From assembly GCA_964523515.1 (NCBI GenBank), contig CAZFZP010000001.1, forward strand, positions 59,715-102,721: a DNA stretch of 43,007 bases, written 5' to 3'. The first letter of the stretch is position 1; every line of letters begins with the position of its first letter. The DNA is from an uncultured Gammaproteobacteria bacterium. Lineage in GTDB: Bacteria; Patescibacteriota; Microgenomatia; Daviesbacterales; UBA10151. Position numbers and translations under genes: made by a program. This document shows, piece by piece, positions 25,850-35,330 of the stretch. The notes below the pieces were generated by a model that ran no database searches, was not told where the DNA came from, and saw nothing but the letters and a program-made list of their open reading frames with translations.

Positions 25850-27492
25850 TCGACAATTTCAAAAGCAAGATTACCATCTAGAAAATTTACAGTTTTTAAT
25901 CTGGGAACATCGCTGGGAAGATCTCCACCTTTACCAATAAACAATAATTTTTTTCCCTGATTTTCTTCAATTATATCTTCAAACTTAGTACCAGTATCTC
26001 CTAAATCTGGAAAGTAATATTTATCAAACTTTAACACTCTTACCCAATCATGAGTTTCAAACCTGATTAAGTTAGAATTATTTTGATATTGGACAGGATC
26101 AAACCCAAGAAAGAAAAGCATAAACATGTGTGGTTCCCCATAATGCCTACTAAATATAACAGTGTCGTATTTATCTTGATTTTCCTTGACATATTCAACA
26201 ACCTCTTTGTAACCATATTGCCAATCTCTTGAATAATTTTTAGGGTACACAAAAAATAGATTTTGCAGATATAAATAAATACTAAATACAACCATAGCGG
26301 TAAATGTTAAAAGTACAATGCTCGATAAAATTTGACCCCTATTCTTAACCCACTGCCATCCCTTAACTATTCCCAATCCACAGACCATTAAAAATGGTGG
26401 CAGAGTTATCATAGTTCTTAGGGCATGGGGAATACTGTCATTGGTCACTGAAACTGGTACAAATCCTAATAATATCCAGGAAGATAAAAGAAACCTAAAT
26501 TTATTTTTTTCTTTAAATAAACAGTATAGTCCAATAAAAAGTAACGGTAATTGGAATAAATATAGCTGTCCCACACCTTGAACGTGATGTTGTTTATGTG
26601 GCGCCCCAGAGATAAATAGAAAATCAGGTGTAAAATGAGCTAAGTAGTTACTGGCAATATAATAACTTATATAAGTCACTTTATTGTGAATTAATCTGGG
26701 TAGCGGATCCGGAAGAGTGGATAACCCTCGTCGCTCATTAATTCTAGGAACTAACCCCGGATCATCAGTCACACTAACCAGCTTGTACCGAGAGTTTCTA
26801 TCCTGACTTACGGTGAATGGAACTAAGGGCAGCAGCAGCACCCCAAACAGTATCAACACCACCAATAGCTGTTTCTTCCACCTTAAAAGGTCTTTTCTGT
26901 ATATCCATAAAATAACCACTAAAAACAGTGGCACAAAGACCCTGGCACTGTTATAGGTATAAACTGAGAGTGCCAAAGGAATCATTGCTAAAATTAACCA
27001 CTTTTTATCCTCAAATCCTTTTACCAATAACCACACACCTAAAACTATCCAAAATACCGCAAAAGATGACTCAAATGAGGCCCGGGTTAATTGAATATGC
27101 CAAGGAGAGATAGCTAGTAAAAAAGCTGCGGTTGCGCCTATTAAATCACTCCTAAATATCTTTCTTGTCAAAAAATACAGCAATAAAACCGTCAGTGTCC
27201 CATAAATAACCGGTGTGATTCTTACTCCTAGCTCATTTAGCCCAAACAAGTAAATACCAGGGATGGAAACATAGATTTGAGCTGGTAATTTATACTCGCC
27301 ATACGCCTTGAAATGAACCGGAAAAGTTACCCCCCACTCGTCTTTTCCAGTCTTCATTACAGAATAGGCGTTATAAGCAATCGAAACTTCATCCCAATTT
27401 AGACTAGGTGGAACCTCAGTAACCTTGTAGAATCTCAAAAAGAAGGCAATAGCTACAATCAGGATCAAAAAAAGTATGTTTCTTAAATTCAT
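25840..27492 (-). CDS. ArnT/PMT-like GT-C glycosyltransferase
   Basis: WDEVSIAYNA, GKDEWG, YGEYKLP, SPWHIQLTRASFE, PHALR and DWQYG. Confidence 0.88.
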   Translation of the reverse strand: MNLRNILFLILIVAIAFFLRFYKVTEVPPSLNWDEVSIAYNAYSVMKTGKDEWGVTFPVHFKAYGEYKLPAQIYVSIPGIYLFGLNELGVRITPVIYGTLTVLLLYFLTRKIFRSDLIGATAAFLLAISPWHIQLTRASFESSFAVFWIVLGVWLLVKGFEDKKWLILAMIPLALSVYTYNSARVFVPLFLVVILWIYRKDLLRWKKQLLVVLILFGVLLLPLVPFTVSQDRNSRYKLVSVTDDPGLVPRINERRGLSTLPDPLPRLIHNKVTYISYYIASNYLAHFTPDFLFISGAPHKQHHVQGVGQLYLFQLPLLFIGLYCLFKEKNKFRFLLSSWILLGFVPVSVTNDSIPHALRTMITLPPFLMVCGLGIVKGWQWVKNRGQILSSIVLLTFTAMVVFSIYLYLQNLFFVYPKNYSRDWQYGYKEVVEYVKENQDKYDTVIFSRHYGEPHMFMLFFLGFDPVQYQNNSNLIRFETHDWVRVLKFDKYYFPDLGDTGTKFEDIIEENQGKKLLFIGKGGDLPSDVPRLKTVNFLDGNLAFEIVEWN

Positions 27493-27554
27493 AACTGTTA
27501 TTTAATGGTATCAACTTCTTCAAGGGAAGTAAATTAATCTTAAACAAGAGACAG

Positions 27555-29141
27555 TTAATTAACTGGAGAGTACAACTTGAATCCAATTTTATGATTAGGT
27601 AGAGAAATTTCATGCACTACTTTCAAATTTCTTGCCGGGTCAGGAATATTGTCATGAGGAACTACATATAAATAATTTTTTTGAATTTTTTCATTGTCCC
27701 AATTGATATCCCTAAACTGGTACTTATCAAAAGTAATTCCAAATGAAATGATCTTTGCCTCCTGAACCTTACGCGGATCTAAATAGGTATAAAAAGGTAT
27801 GTATGAACTAGGTACGCCAATATAGTAATATTCCTTGTCTCCAAATCTACGATCAATAATAATCTGCTCAAACTGATCATAGTGCTGATTAATATACTGG
27901 GCTATCTGCTTGTAGCCATATTGATACCCCTGTGCATTCTCAATAGGGAAATAGATAAAGTAAGCCAGGACAAAATAAAAAAACGACAGTAGCACGAGTC
28001 CCCCTCCTAAAGCCTTTAACCAGATGCTCTTTTTTACAAAGTTCAAGATATACAAAATTCCCACAGCAGTAATCATTACTGTCGGTACCAACTGAGGTAG
28101 GCTTCTCCAATTATTGACTTCTCCTTGAGTTACAGAGGCTGTTAAGGGTGAGGCAATTAGTAGAAAAAAGACAAATTTACTATTACCTTGATAAAGAGTC
28201 TTTAACTTAGATAGTCCCCAAACAAAGGCAACTAAAAAGGGGGCTAGAAAGAATCCAAATTGGTAAGGATTTTCCTTAGGTAACATTCTGGCACCATAAA
28301 AAAATTGATAGTCTAGGCTTGTATATAACGAATACTTATCCAGAACTGCCTTTAATATGATCTGAAATCTTTGATAAGGGTTAGAATATTCCGATAAGAG
28401 TCGTCCTACACCTATATCTTTAGTAATGAATTCACTATTAGCCCGACTTGAGCTTAGATTAGAAATAAAGTCAAGAAAAATAGGTGTTATCAGTATAGAA
28501 AATAACAATAGAGCTCCTAGATAAATTTTCTTTTTAAAAACGGCTTCTCTATTGAAAACCAGCAATGCAAGTATAATCATTGGTGTTAAAACCCATTCAG
28601 TGTAATATGAGTAAATCGACAGAGCAAAAGAGATAAAGCTTAATAGGGTCAGCCAATCCTTGCTATATCTTAGGCCTAAAAAAAACAAGTAAATTCCCAA
28701 AACGACGAAAAATAGAGCATAGTTTGATTCCAATGCCCAGCGAGAAGCTGAGAAATGCCATGGGGAGAAAGCCAGCAAAAAAGATGTGACTATTGCAAGT
28801 TTTCTATTTTTTGTGAGCTCCATGACCAGAAGCCCAACCAAGACAACTGTCAAACTCCCTAAAATCGCCGAAGGGAGACGGACGGCAAAGTCATCATTAC
28901 CTAATAGTGAGATGGTGATTAACGGTATGTAGACCGCTAAGGGTGCTCCGTAACCTCCATGAGATCTCCATAATATCGGTAAATATTCACCTGTCCCATC
29001 TTTCAAAGTTTTGGAGATTGAGTAAGCTGCATATGCTGATCCGATTTCATCATTAGATAAATGTGGAGGAACATAATCCAACAAAACAAAACGGGCTACA
29101 AGCGCTATAAAAATTAATGCAAAGACATATTTTATGTACAT
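27555..29141 (-). CDS. ArnT/PMT-like GT-C glycosyltransferase
   Basis: NDEIGSAYAA, VRLPSA, SPWHFSASRWALE and GYQYG. Confidence 0.85.
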   Translation of the reverse strand: MYIKYVFALIFIALVARFVLLDYVPPHLSNDEIGSAYAAYSISKTLKDGTGEYLPILWRSHGGYGAPLAVYIPLITISLLGNDDFAVRLPSAILGSLTVVLVGLLVMELTKNRKLAIVTSFLLAFSPWHFSASRWALESNYALFFVVLGIYLFFLGLRYSKDWLTLLSFISFALSIYSYYTEWVLTPMIILALLVFNREAVFKKKIYLGALLLFSILITPIFLDFISNLSSSRANSEFITKDIGVGRLLSEYSNPYQRFQIILKAVLDKYSLYTSLDYQFFYGARMLPKENPYQFGFFLAPFLVAFVWGLSKLKTLYQGNSKFVFFLLIASPLTASVTQGEVNNWRSLPQLVPTVMITAVGILYILNFVKKSIWLKALGGGLVLLSFFYFVLAYFIYFPIENAQGYQYGYKQIAQYINQHYDQFEQIIIDRRFGDKEYYYIGVPSSYIPFYTYLDPRKVQEAKIISFGITFDKYQFRDINWDNEKIQKNYLYVVPHDNIPDPARNLKVVHEISLPNHKIGFKLYSPVN

Positions 29142-29956
29142 TATTTAAGCGGGCTGGTTGCTATAATAATACTCAGAAAAAATAGTGCAAGATAAAGTGT
29201 TCTATTCACAGAGCTAAAACCTCTAAGTATAAAATAGATCAGGAATGGTGATAAAAGTGTAAAAGTATTCAGAATATTTACTGACCGTGATGAAGCTGAT
29301 ATAAATATAACAAACATTATACTTATGATTATTAACATCTTGGATCTGTTCCAACTTTTCAAATCTAGTATGATCCCCAAAACCAACGGATAGAGATTAG
29401 CTAAATATATCGTATCGTAGAGATTTTTAATTGTAAAAAAACCTGCTATTTTAGATAGTATGACATATAAGTAAACTGATTTATTGAATAGCATGAGTCT
29501 TAGTTTATAGGGCAGATAGAGGGATTCATCCCTCAAACGGGAGATATATAAATTAGCTCGGTCATCAGTAATAATTAAATTGTTGACTTGATATGAAAAG
29601 AGTGGCTTAACAATTCCACTAACATAAAGGGAAGAAAATAGAAGATAAAGAGCAGTGATTAGAAGTAATATTTTCTTAAACTTATAGGTAAAATAGCACG
29701 CAGATAGAAAGCTTGCTCCAATTCCGAGTATAGTAATAAATGAGTCCCGAGTTTGTGTCATTAATGGCATTGCAGCCATAAATATTAAAGGAAACGAGGT
29801 AAATGAAATTTTAAATATCGATAATTTTTTATGTGTAAATTGTAAATAAAAATATATCGACGATAATAGAAGAATACTATTCAGTATTCCAATAAATATC
29901 TCGCCATGATTAAAAATGTTTAATAAAAAACATATTAGGAATAAGGCGATGATCAC
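29141..29956 (-). CDS. hypothetical polytopic membrane protein resembling the central part of the ArnT-like paralogs
   Basis: About 7 hydrophobic segments and a loop ISRLRDES..LP..LR..LFNK..Y. GTG start. No DE catalytic loop is visible. Confidence 0.65.
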   Translation of the reverse strand: MIIALFLICFLLNIFNHGEIFIGILNSILLLSSIYFYLQFTHKKLSIFKISFTSFPLIFMAAMPLMTQTRDSFITILGIGASFLSACYFTYKFKKILLLITALYLLFSSLYVSGIVKPLFSYQVNNLIITDDRANLYISRLRDESLYLPYKLRLMLFNKSVYLYVILSKIAGFFTIKNLYDTIYLANLYPLVLGIILDLKSWNRSKMLIIISIMFVIFISASSRSVNILNTFTLLSPFLIYFILRGFSSVNRTLYLALFFLSIIIATSPLK

Positions 29957-29962
29957 TACATT

Positions 29963-29971
29963 AGATTAGCA
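29963..29971 (-). promoter_or_regulatory. putative extended -10 promoter TGcTAATCT, leaderless-type
   Basis: 6 nt before the GTG at 29956. Same hexamer and spacing as at 42966-42974. Confidence 0.5.
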
Positions 29972-30048
29972 CAATTATTAAAACAAAGTAATACTTTCTA
30001 ACTTTTAAATCAAGGGCTAGTAGCTGATTGGATTTCAAAAAAGATAAG

Positions 30049-30792
30049 TCATCGTGGTATGAAGCGAAGATCATTTCTAATTCCTAACTTATGCAGATAT
30101 AGAGCTAAAATAGTCAGAAAACCATCCAGAATGAATTTAGAGCCTTTAAGGAATTGAATCGAGGATGCCTTTTCATGATATCTAGTTGGAATAGCAATCT
30201 CACCGATTCTTTGATGATAACTCAATGATGAAATAGTCATCTCTTGGTCAAAGACAAAATCATTAGAGAATCGCTGAAAGGGAACAGTTCCCAGTAATTT
30301 TGCCGAATAAGCTCTAAATCCGGAAAAGTGCTCGGTAAAATTAACTCCCAGTAGGATATTCTCTATTAAACAAACAGCTCTATTAACATAATACTTCAAG
30401 GGGGGCATTCCACCCTCTATCGCCGACTTCTTGTTTTGAACCCGGCTCCCAAACATAAAGTCATACCTGCCTTGTAAAATTGGCCGGATCAACTCCTCAA
30501 TTAAACTGGCATCGTATTGATAGTCCGGGTGAAGCATAACCACCACATCTGGGTTTAATTTTAATGCTTCCTGGTAGCAAGTTTTTTGATTGCCACCGTA
30601 TCCCAAATTCCGTGAATGAGTAAAGACTGTAATTCCTAATTTTTTAGCCACCTCCACTGTATTATCACGGCTTTGGTCATCAACCAGTATAAGATGTTTC
30701 TTAAAATTATCAGGAATCTCCTTATAAGTATCGATTATGGTTTTAGCTGCATTATAGGCGGGCATGACAATTACAACTTTGGGAGAACTCAT
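30049..30792 (-). CDS. GT2 glycosyltransferase, DPM1-like (paralog of 32964..33701)
   Basis: VMPAYNA, VDD.SRD, N.GYGGNQK, MLHPDYQY, GSR, SGFRA and FVFDQE. Confidence 0.92.
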   Translation of the reverse strand: MSSPKVVIVMPAYNAAKTIIDTYKEIPDNFKKHLILVDDQSRDNTVEVAKKLGITVFTHSRNLGYGGNQKTCYQEALKLNPDVVVMLHPDYQYDASLIEELIRPILQGRYDFMFGSRVQNKKSAIEGGMPPLKYYVNRAVCLIENILLGVNFTEHFSGFRAYSAKLLGTVPFQRFSNDFVFDQEMTISSLSYHQRIGEIAIPTRYHEKASSIQFLKGSKFILDGFLTILALYLHKLGIRNDLRFIPR

Positions 30793-30857
30793 ACTATAAT
30801 ATTTACATTTTTAAAACATAAAAAGCAATTGTTCCGTAATAATAATGGGGGGTTGAT

Positions 30858-32483
30858 TTAATAAAGGATGCCCTGACACTTTGATTCCCAAATTAATCGA
30901 CGATCTAATGACTGGCATTTGGCCAAAGGATTGGTTGAAAAGCCTCTTAATTTAGTAGCATTAGATAGATCAGTAAGTTCAAACTCCAGTTTTAAATGAT
31001 GCTCTTCTGCCTGCTGATCAGATATTGCTAAAGTATCACCAATAATTATCTGTTCTTTATAGATATCCTGATACCAGTTTATGGCTCTAATCTGAATTCT
31101 ACCTAAATCATAATCTTCGTAAAGCTCCACCTCTCCTGAATAGTATGGACTTTTCAGTTGTGCACGTAACTTATGTTGTAAATCTAGAGGATTGTAGGCC
31201 GTTAAATAAGCCATTCTTAACCCTATTCCTGGGTCTCGGCCAGAATCTATAATTATTTTGCTGTCTTTATAGTTTCTTAAATTGCTCATTAAAGATACAT
31301 ACGCATTCCCATAATAAGGCGCCGCTTCATATTTAAAAAGCACAAAATAGGAAACATAAAATGTTGCTAGGCTATGCAGTAGAATAAAACATAGGGTAAT
31401 TACAATTATTTTTGATGGTAAATTAACTCTAGTGAAACCTATAAATCCCACAGAAATTACTAGAGCAACTAACCATAGTTGGTCAAGCGCTCGCAGTGGA
31501 TAGTAGCTATCTCCGGTTAATGATGCTGGAATAGGAGAAATTATAATAAGCAACAATAACAATTTAATTTTTTCTTTGTCAATAAAATATTTCAAATATT
31601 TAATTCCCAAAAAGAAAGGGGCAATAAAAATCATATAAAATGGTCCTAGGCCTGGGGAGACTCGATTTAAGGATGGCCCTAAATCAAAAAAAATATTACT
31701 TGGACTAGAATAAATTAAGTAGCGTTTTATAAACTCCAAAAAAAATATTTTATCATTTCCATAACCCACCTCAATCAGTCTACGGGTTAACGCACCTGAT
31801 GTTGCAATCCAAAGATGAGGTAGCATCATTATCATAAAAACAGTAGCACCTATAATAACCGGCGTTTTATTCTTAAGAAAGTAGTTTTTATATATCAATA
31901 AGAAGAGTGGTAAAAAGATAACTGCAATAATTCTCTCGCTATAATAAGCATGTGTGGAGAGTGCTAATAAAAAGGATCCTAGTATAAATAATTTTGACTT
32001 CCTTAATGATACCAAAAAAAATAACATACTAGCTACAAAGATGGTGACTCCTAAGTTTCCTTCGGCAACTAGGCGACTAAAATAAATAAAGATCGGAGAT
32101 ATGGCAATAATTAGTGCAAAAACTAATGACAAACCGTCTTTATATTTAGATTTAAATAGATTCTGGGCAAAGAAAAACGTTATTAAAACTAGTGCCGTGC
32201 CGAAGAATACAGACACGAGACGAACAGATTGAATCGTGTTTCCAAATAGTTTTATCGGGATAACGGCCAAATAAGTATACAATGGTGGTTGATACGAACC
32301 AAACGATCTGAAAAGAATCGGAAAAGATTCACCATATCTGTCTTTTCCTGTGTTTAACAGTGAAAAGGCGTTGTATCCATGAGATTCTTCATCTCGATGA
32401 ATTCCCGCTGGTACCTTACCCACATCATACAGTCTTAAAAACAAGGCCAGCATAACTATTATCAGAAGTAATATTCTTTTCAT
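30858..32483 (-). CDS. ArnT/PMT-like GT-C glycosyltransferase
   Basis: LRLYD...P.G.HRDEESHGYNA, GKDRYG, FGSYQPPLY and SP..IYFSR. A start at 32483 gives an ATGA overlap. Confidence 0.87.
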   Translation of the reverse strand: MKRILLLIIVMLALFLRLYDVGKVPAGIHRDEESHGYNAFSLLNTGKDRYGESFPILFRSFGSYQPPLYTYLAVIPIKLFGNTIQSVRLVSVFFGTALVLITFFFAQNLFKSKYKDGLSLVFALIIAISPIFIYFSRLVAEGNLGVTIFVASMLFFLVSLRKSKLFILGSFLLALSTHAYYSERIIAVIFLPLFLLIYKNYFLKNKTPVIIGATVFMIMMLPHLWIATSGALTRRLIEVGYGNDKIFFLEFIKRYLIYSSPSNIFFDLGPSLNRVSPGLGPFYMIFIAPFFLGIKYLKYFIDKEKIKLLLLLIIISPIPASLTGDSYYPLRALDQLWLVALVISVGFIGFTRVNLPSKIIVITLCFILLHSLATFYVSYFVLFKYEAAPYYGNAYVSLMSNLRNYKDSKIIIDSGRDPGIGLRMAYLTAYNPLDLQHKLRAQLKSPYYSGEVELYEDYDLGRIQIRAINWYQDIYKEQIIIGDTLAISDQQAEEHHLKLEFELTDLSNATKLRGFSTNPLAKCQSLDRRLIWESKCQGILY

Positions 32484-32980
32484 ATATAAATCTTTTTGTT
32501 TTTCCATATCCTTAAACTACCTAATATAGAAAAATATGCTACCGGTAAGTAAAAGACTGATACCCCAAATAAATCTGTTGATTTTGTAAAGCCTAGTAAA
32601 AAAATTAAGATAATGACTAATATAAGTTGCTCTTTTCCGATATTTTTTAAATAGTTGTAACCTCCTAAAAATATCAGAGGAATTAAAAGATAGCTAAGTT
32701 TTGAACTAAAATAGTTCTCAAGATCGAAGGATCGTCTAATTTTGGCGAAATACTTAGTAGCCACTACCTCAAAGTCGCTCAGATAATATTTTATCGGTGG
32801 CCGTCTATAAAAAATTCCCAATTCTTTGGAAAAATATTCACTTCTTTGGTAAGTCTGAATTTTTTCAACATCATTTTTTATAAATAAGTTTTCATCTATA
32901 CCGTTTACGAACAGAAGTAAAACGAAGATACATAAAATTACTTCGACCCAAAAATGATTTACTCTATCTAAAGCGTTCAT
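32480..32980 (-). CDS. hypothetical membrane protein (166 aa), possibly a truncated GT-C-like module
   Basis: One N-terminal TM helix, a soluble loop, then F....YF...YLLIPLIFLG and further TM helices. Overlaps both neighbours. Confidence 0.65.
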   Translation of the reverse strand: MNALDRVNHFWVEVILCIFVLLLFVNGIDENLFIKNDVEKIQTYQRSEYFSKELGIFYRRPPIKYYLSDFEVVATKYFAKIRRSFDLENYFSSKLSYLLIPLIFLGGYNYLKNIGKEQLILVIILIFLLGFTKSTDLFGVSVFYLPVAYFSILGSLRIWKNKKIYI

Positions 32981-33701
32981 CTTTTCTGATCCCTAAATTA
33001 TGAAGATAGAGTCCTAAAATACAAAAAAATCCCTCTATAATAAATTTAAATCCCTTAACAAATTGTATTGAGGATGCCTTGTCATGATATCTTGTGGGAA
33101 TAGGAACCTCGCCGATTCTTTGTCCAAAGCTCAATGACGATATAGTCATCTCTTGGTCAAATACAAAATCATTAGAAAATCTCTGAAAGGGAACAGTTTT
33201 TAGTAGACTCGCTGAAAAAGCCCGAAAGCCCGAGAAGTGCTCGGTAAAATTTACTCCCAACATAGTGTTTTGTAATAAACAGACAATCCTATTTATATAG
33301 TATTTTAGTGCTGGCATACCTCCATCTAGAGCAGTTCTTTTTGTGGCTATCCGACTACCAAACATAAAATCATAACGGCCCTGAGCAATAGGACGGACTA
33401 ATTCCTCAATCAACGAAGCATCATACTGGTAATCTGGGTGCAACATTACAATAATATCAGGATTTAACTTTAATGCCTCCCAATAGCAGGTTTTCTGATT
33501 GCCTCCATATCCAATGTTTTGAGGATGAGTAAAGACCGTAATTCCTAATTTCTTAGCTACTTCAACTGTGTTATCTCGGCTATGGTCATCAACCAAAATA
33601 ATATTCTCCCGTAACTTTTTGGGTATCTCCAAATAGGTATCAAGAATTGTTTTAGCAGCATTATATGCCGGCATAACAATTACAACTTTAGGAGTTTTCA
33701 T
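32964..33701 (-). CDS. GT2 glycosyltransferase, DPM1-like (paralog of 30049..30792)
   Basis: Same motifs as its paralog, with long identical runs. The ATG at 33701 is preferred over the TTG at 33707. Confidence 0.92.
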   Translation of the reverse strand: MKTPKVVIVMPAYNAAKTILDTYLEIPKKLRENIILVDDHSRDNTVEVAKKLGITVFTHPQNIGYGGNQKTCYWEALKLNPDIIVMLHPDYQYDASLIEELVRPIAQGRYDFMFGSRIATKRTALDGGMPALKYYINRIVCLLQNTMLGVNFTEHFSGFRAFSASLLKTVPFQRFSNDFVFDQEMTISSLSFGQRIGEVPIPTRYHDKASSIQFVKGFKFIIEGFFCILGLYLHNLGIRKDERFR

Positions 33702-33710
33702 AGACAAAAC

Positions 33711-35330
33711 CTATACCTTTAAAGCGTAAAAAGCAACACTTCCATTATAAAAATAGAAAGTTTTAATTATTTTTGTTTTTTCTATAGACGAGATGTTTAA
33801 ACTCCAAGGACTGGCAATAATCAATGCATTTTTTAAATAGCGATCTTCTCCCCAATTTACAGCTCTGATTGAATACTTGCCAAATAGTGTCTCCCGGGAT
33901 TTATTACCTAGGCGATACTCCTTTTGGAACTGCACAGGCGGGTACTTTATATAGTACGCCAAATAGTAGTGACTCGCCGTTCCTATCCTAGGAGCTATCT
34001 CCCCGAACTTAGGATCAAAGACAATTTGCTCCACACTATCATAGTACTGCAGCGTAAATTCAGCAATCTGCTTAAACGGATAATGAATTTCTTGTGATTT
34101 TTCATTTGGAAAATCAACTATATAAATATGTAAAAAATAAAGGAAATTAAAGGTAAACAAAATGGTTATGACGACTATCCCCATCAACCGTATATTTAAA
34201 TTCTTCAGCCTACTCCAAGATATAACTTGCCAAATTCCAATAGCACACAAAATATTTAACATCGTAAAGACCATGATGCTCCGGTGCGGACTAAATTTCT
34301 CAAAAGTCAAACCACTAGGTAGCATTCCTATGAGAATCCAGGCTAATATAAAATTCCTTTGATGCCGTATGTCTCGATTTTTAATAATGTAGTAAATACC
34401 CACCAAAATAAAAGGTAACTGGATTGCCATCAAAGGTCCACTCCCCAAAGGACCCTGATTAGTTAAATCTAGTCCTCTTAAAAAGAGATACTCCGGATTA
34501 AACTGTTCCAGATATCGGGTTAGACTATAGCTCGTTATTGTTAAAACTCGTTCCACCCTAGATAAGCCGTGTATCTTCTCGCCAAGTACTGGATCTTGGA
34601 TGATAAAAACTGTTTCTGACCTATATCTACTATCTGGATTTAAGACAACTATTGAGATAATTGGGATGATCAATACTACCCACATCAAAATTACCGGTAG
34701 AATTTTTTTTCTCTCTGGCCATAATGTATTTTTATTAAGCCAAATAAATATAAGCAGTAACAACGGTATTATTATGGCATGGGAAAAATAAGTATACATA
34801 GCAACCGCAAGGGTAATAAATCCTAAATAGAGCCACCTCACCTTTTTGTTGGATAAATATTTGCATAAACCGGTAAAACCAACGAGTAATAGGCAAATTC
34901 CTATCGTACTCTCAAAACTTTTACGCCCGTAAAATATCTCAAAGGGAGTAATTACTGTTAGAGCACTCGCCAGAATTGCGATAGTTTGATTTTTAAATGA
35001 ACTCTTAACAAACCAGTAGATGGCTGGGATGGTCAAAATGCTAAATAAAATTCCCGGAATCTTAATAATCCACTCGTGATCTCCAAATAATAGATAAACT
35101 AAACTAGTTGCATAGGTGCAAAAAGGTGACTTAAAGTCATTTATGGAAATAAACATTGTGGGCATAAAATTCCCATAAATATCTTTGCCCGTCTGGGCTA
35201 TAGAGATAGCATCATAAAGTTGACTTATCTCATCATGATTTAATTGAACCGGATATTTATCAATCCAAAAAACTCGCAAGAATAATCCAGCAAGAATTAG
35301 AATGATAAGTGATACTTGATACCTATTCAT
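33711..35330 (-). CDS. ArnT/PMT-like GT-C glycosyltransferase
   Basis: LR......P..LNHDEISQLYDA, GKDIYG, DFKSP, YLEQFNPEYLF..G and PHRS. Confidence 0.87.
   Translation of the reverse strand: MNRYQVSLIILILAGLFLRVFWIDKYPVQLNHDEISQLYDAISIAQTGKDIYGNFMPTMFISINDFKSPFCTYATSLVYLLFGDHEWIIKIPGILFSILTIPAIYWFVKSSFKNQTIAILASALTVITPFEIFYGRKSFESTIGICLLLVGFTGLCKYLSNKKVRWLYLGFITLAVAMYTYFSHAIIIPLLLLIFIWLNKNTLWPERKKILPVILMWVVLIIPIISIVVLNPDSRYRSETVFIIQDPVLGEKIHGLSRVERVLTITSYSLTRYLEQFNPEYLFLRGLDLTNQGPLGSGPLMAIQLPFILVGIYYIIKNRDIRHQRNFILAWILIGMLPSGLTFEKFSPHRSIMVFTMLNILCAIGIWQVISWSRLKNLNIRLMGIVVITILFTFNFLYFLHIYIVDFPNEKSQEIHYPFKQIAEFTLQYYDSVEQIVFDPKFGEIAPRIGTASHYYLAYYIKYPPVQFQKEYRLGNKSRETLFGKYSIRAVNWGEDRYLKNALIIASPWSLNISSIEKTKIIKTFYFYNGSVAFYALKV

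Noticed and set aside
29990-30048. Possible hairpin/terminator or small RNA in the largest intergenic gap
   Set aside because: Only weak, interrupted complementarity is present, with no convincing stem plus U-tract.
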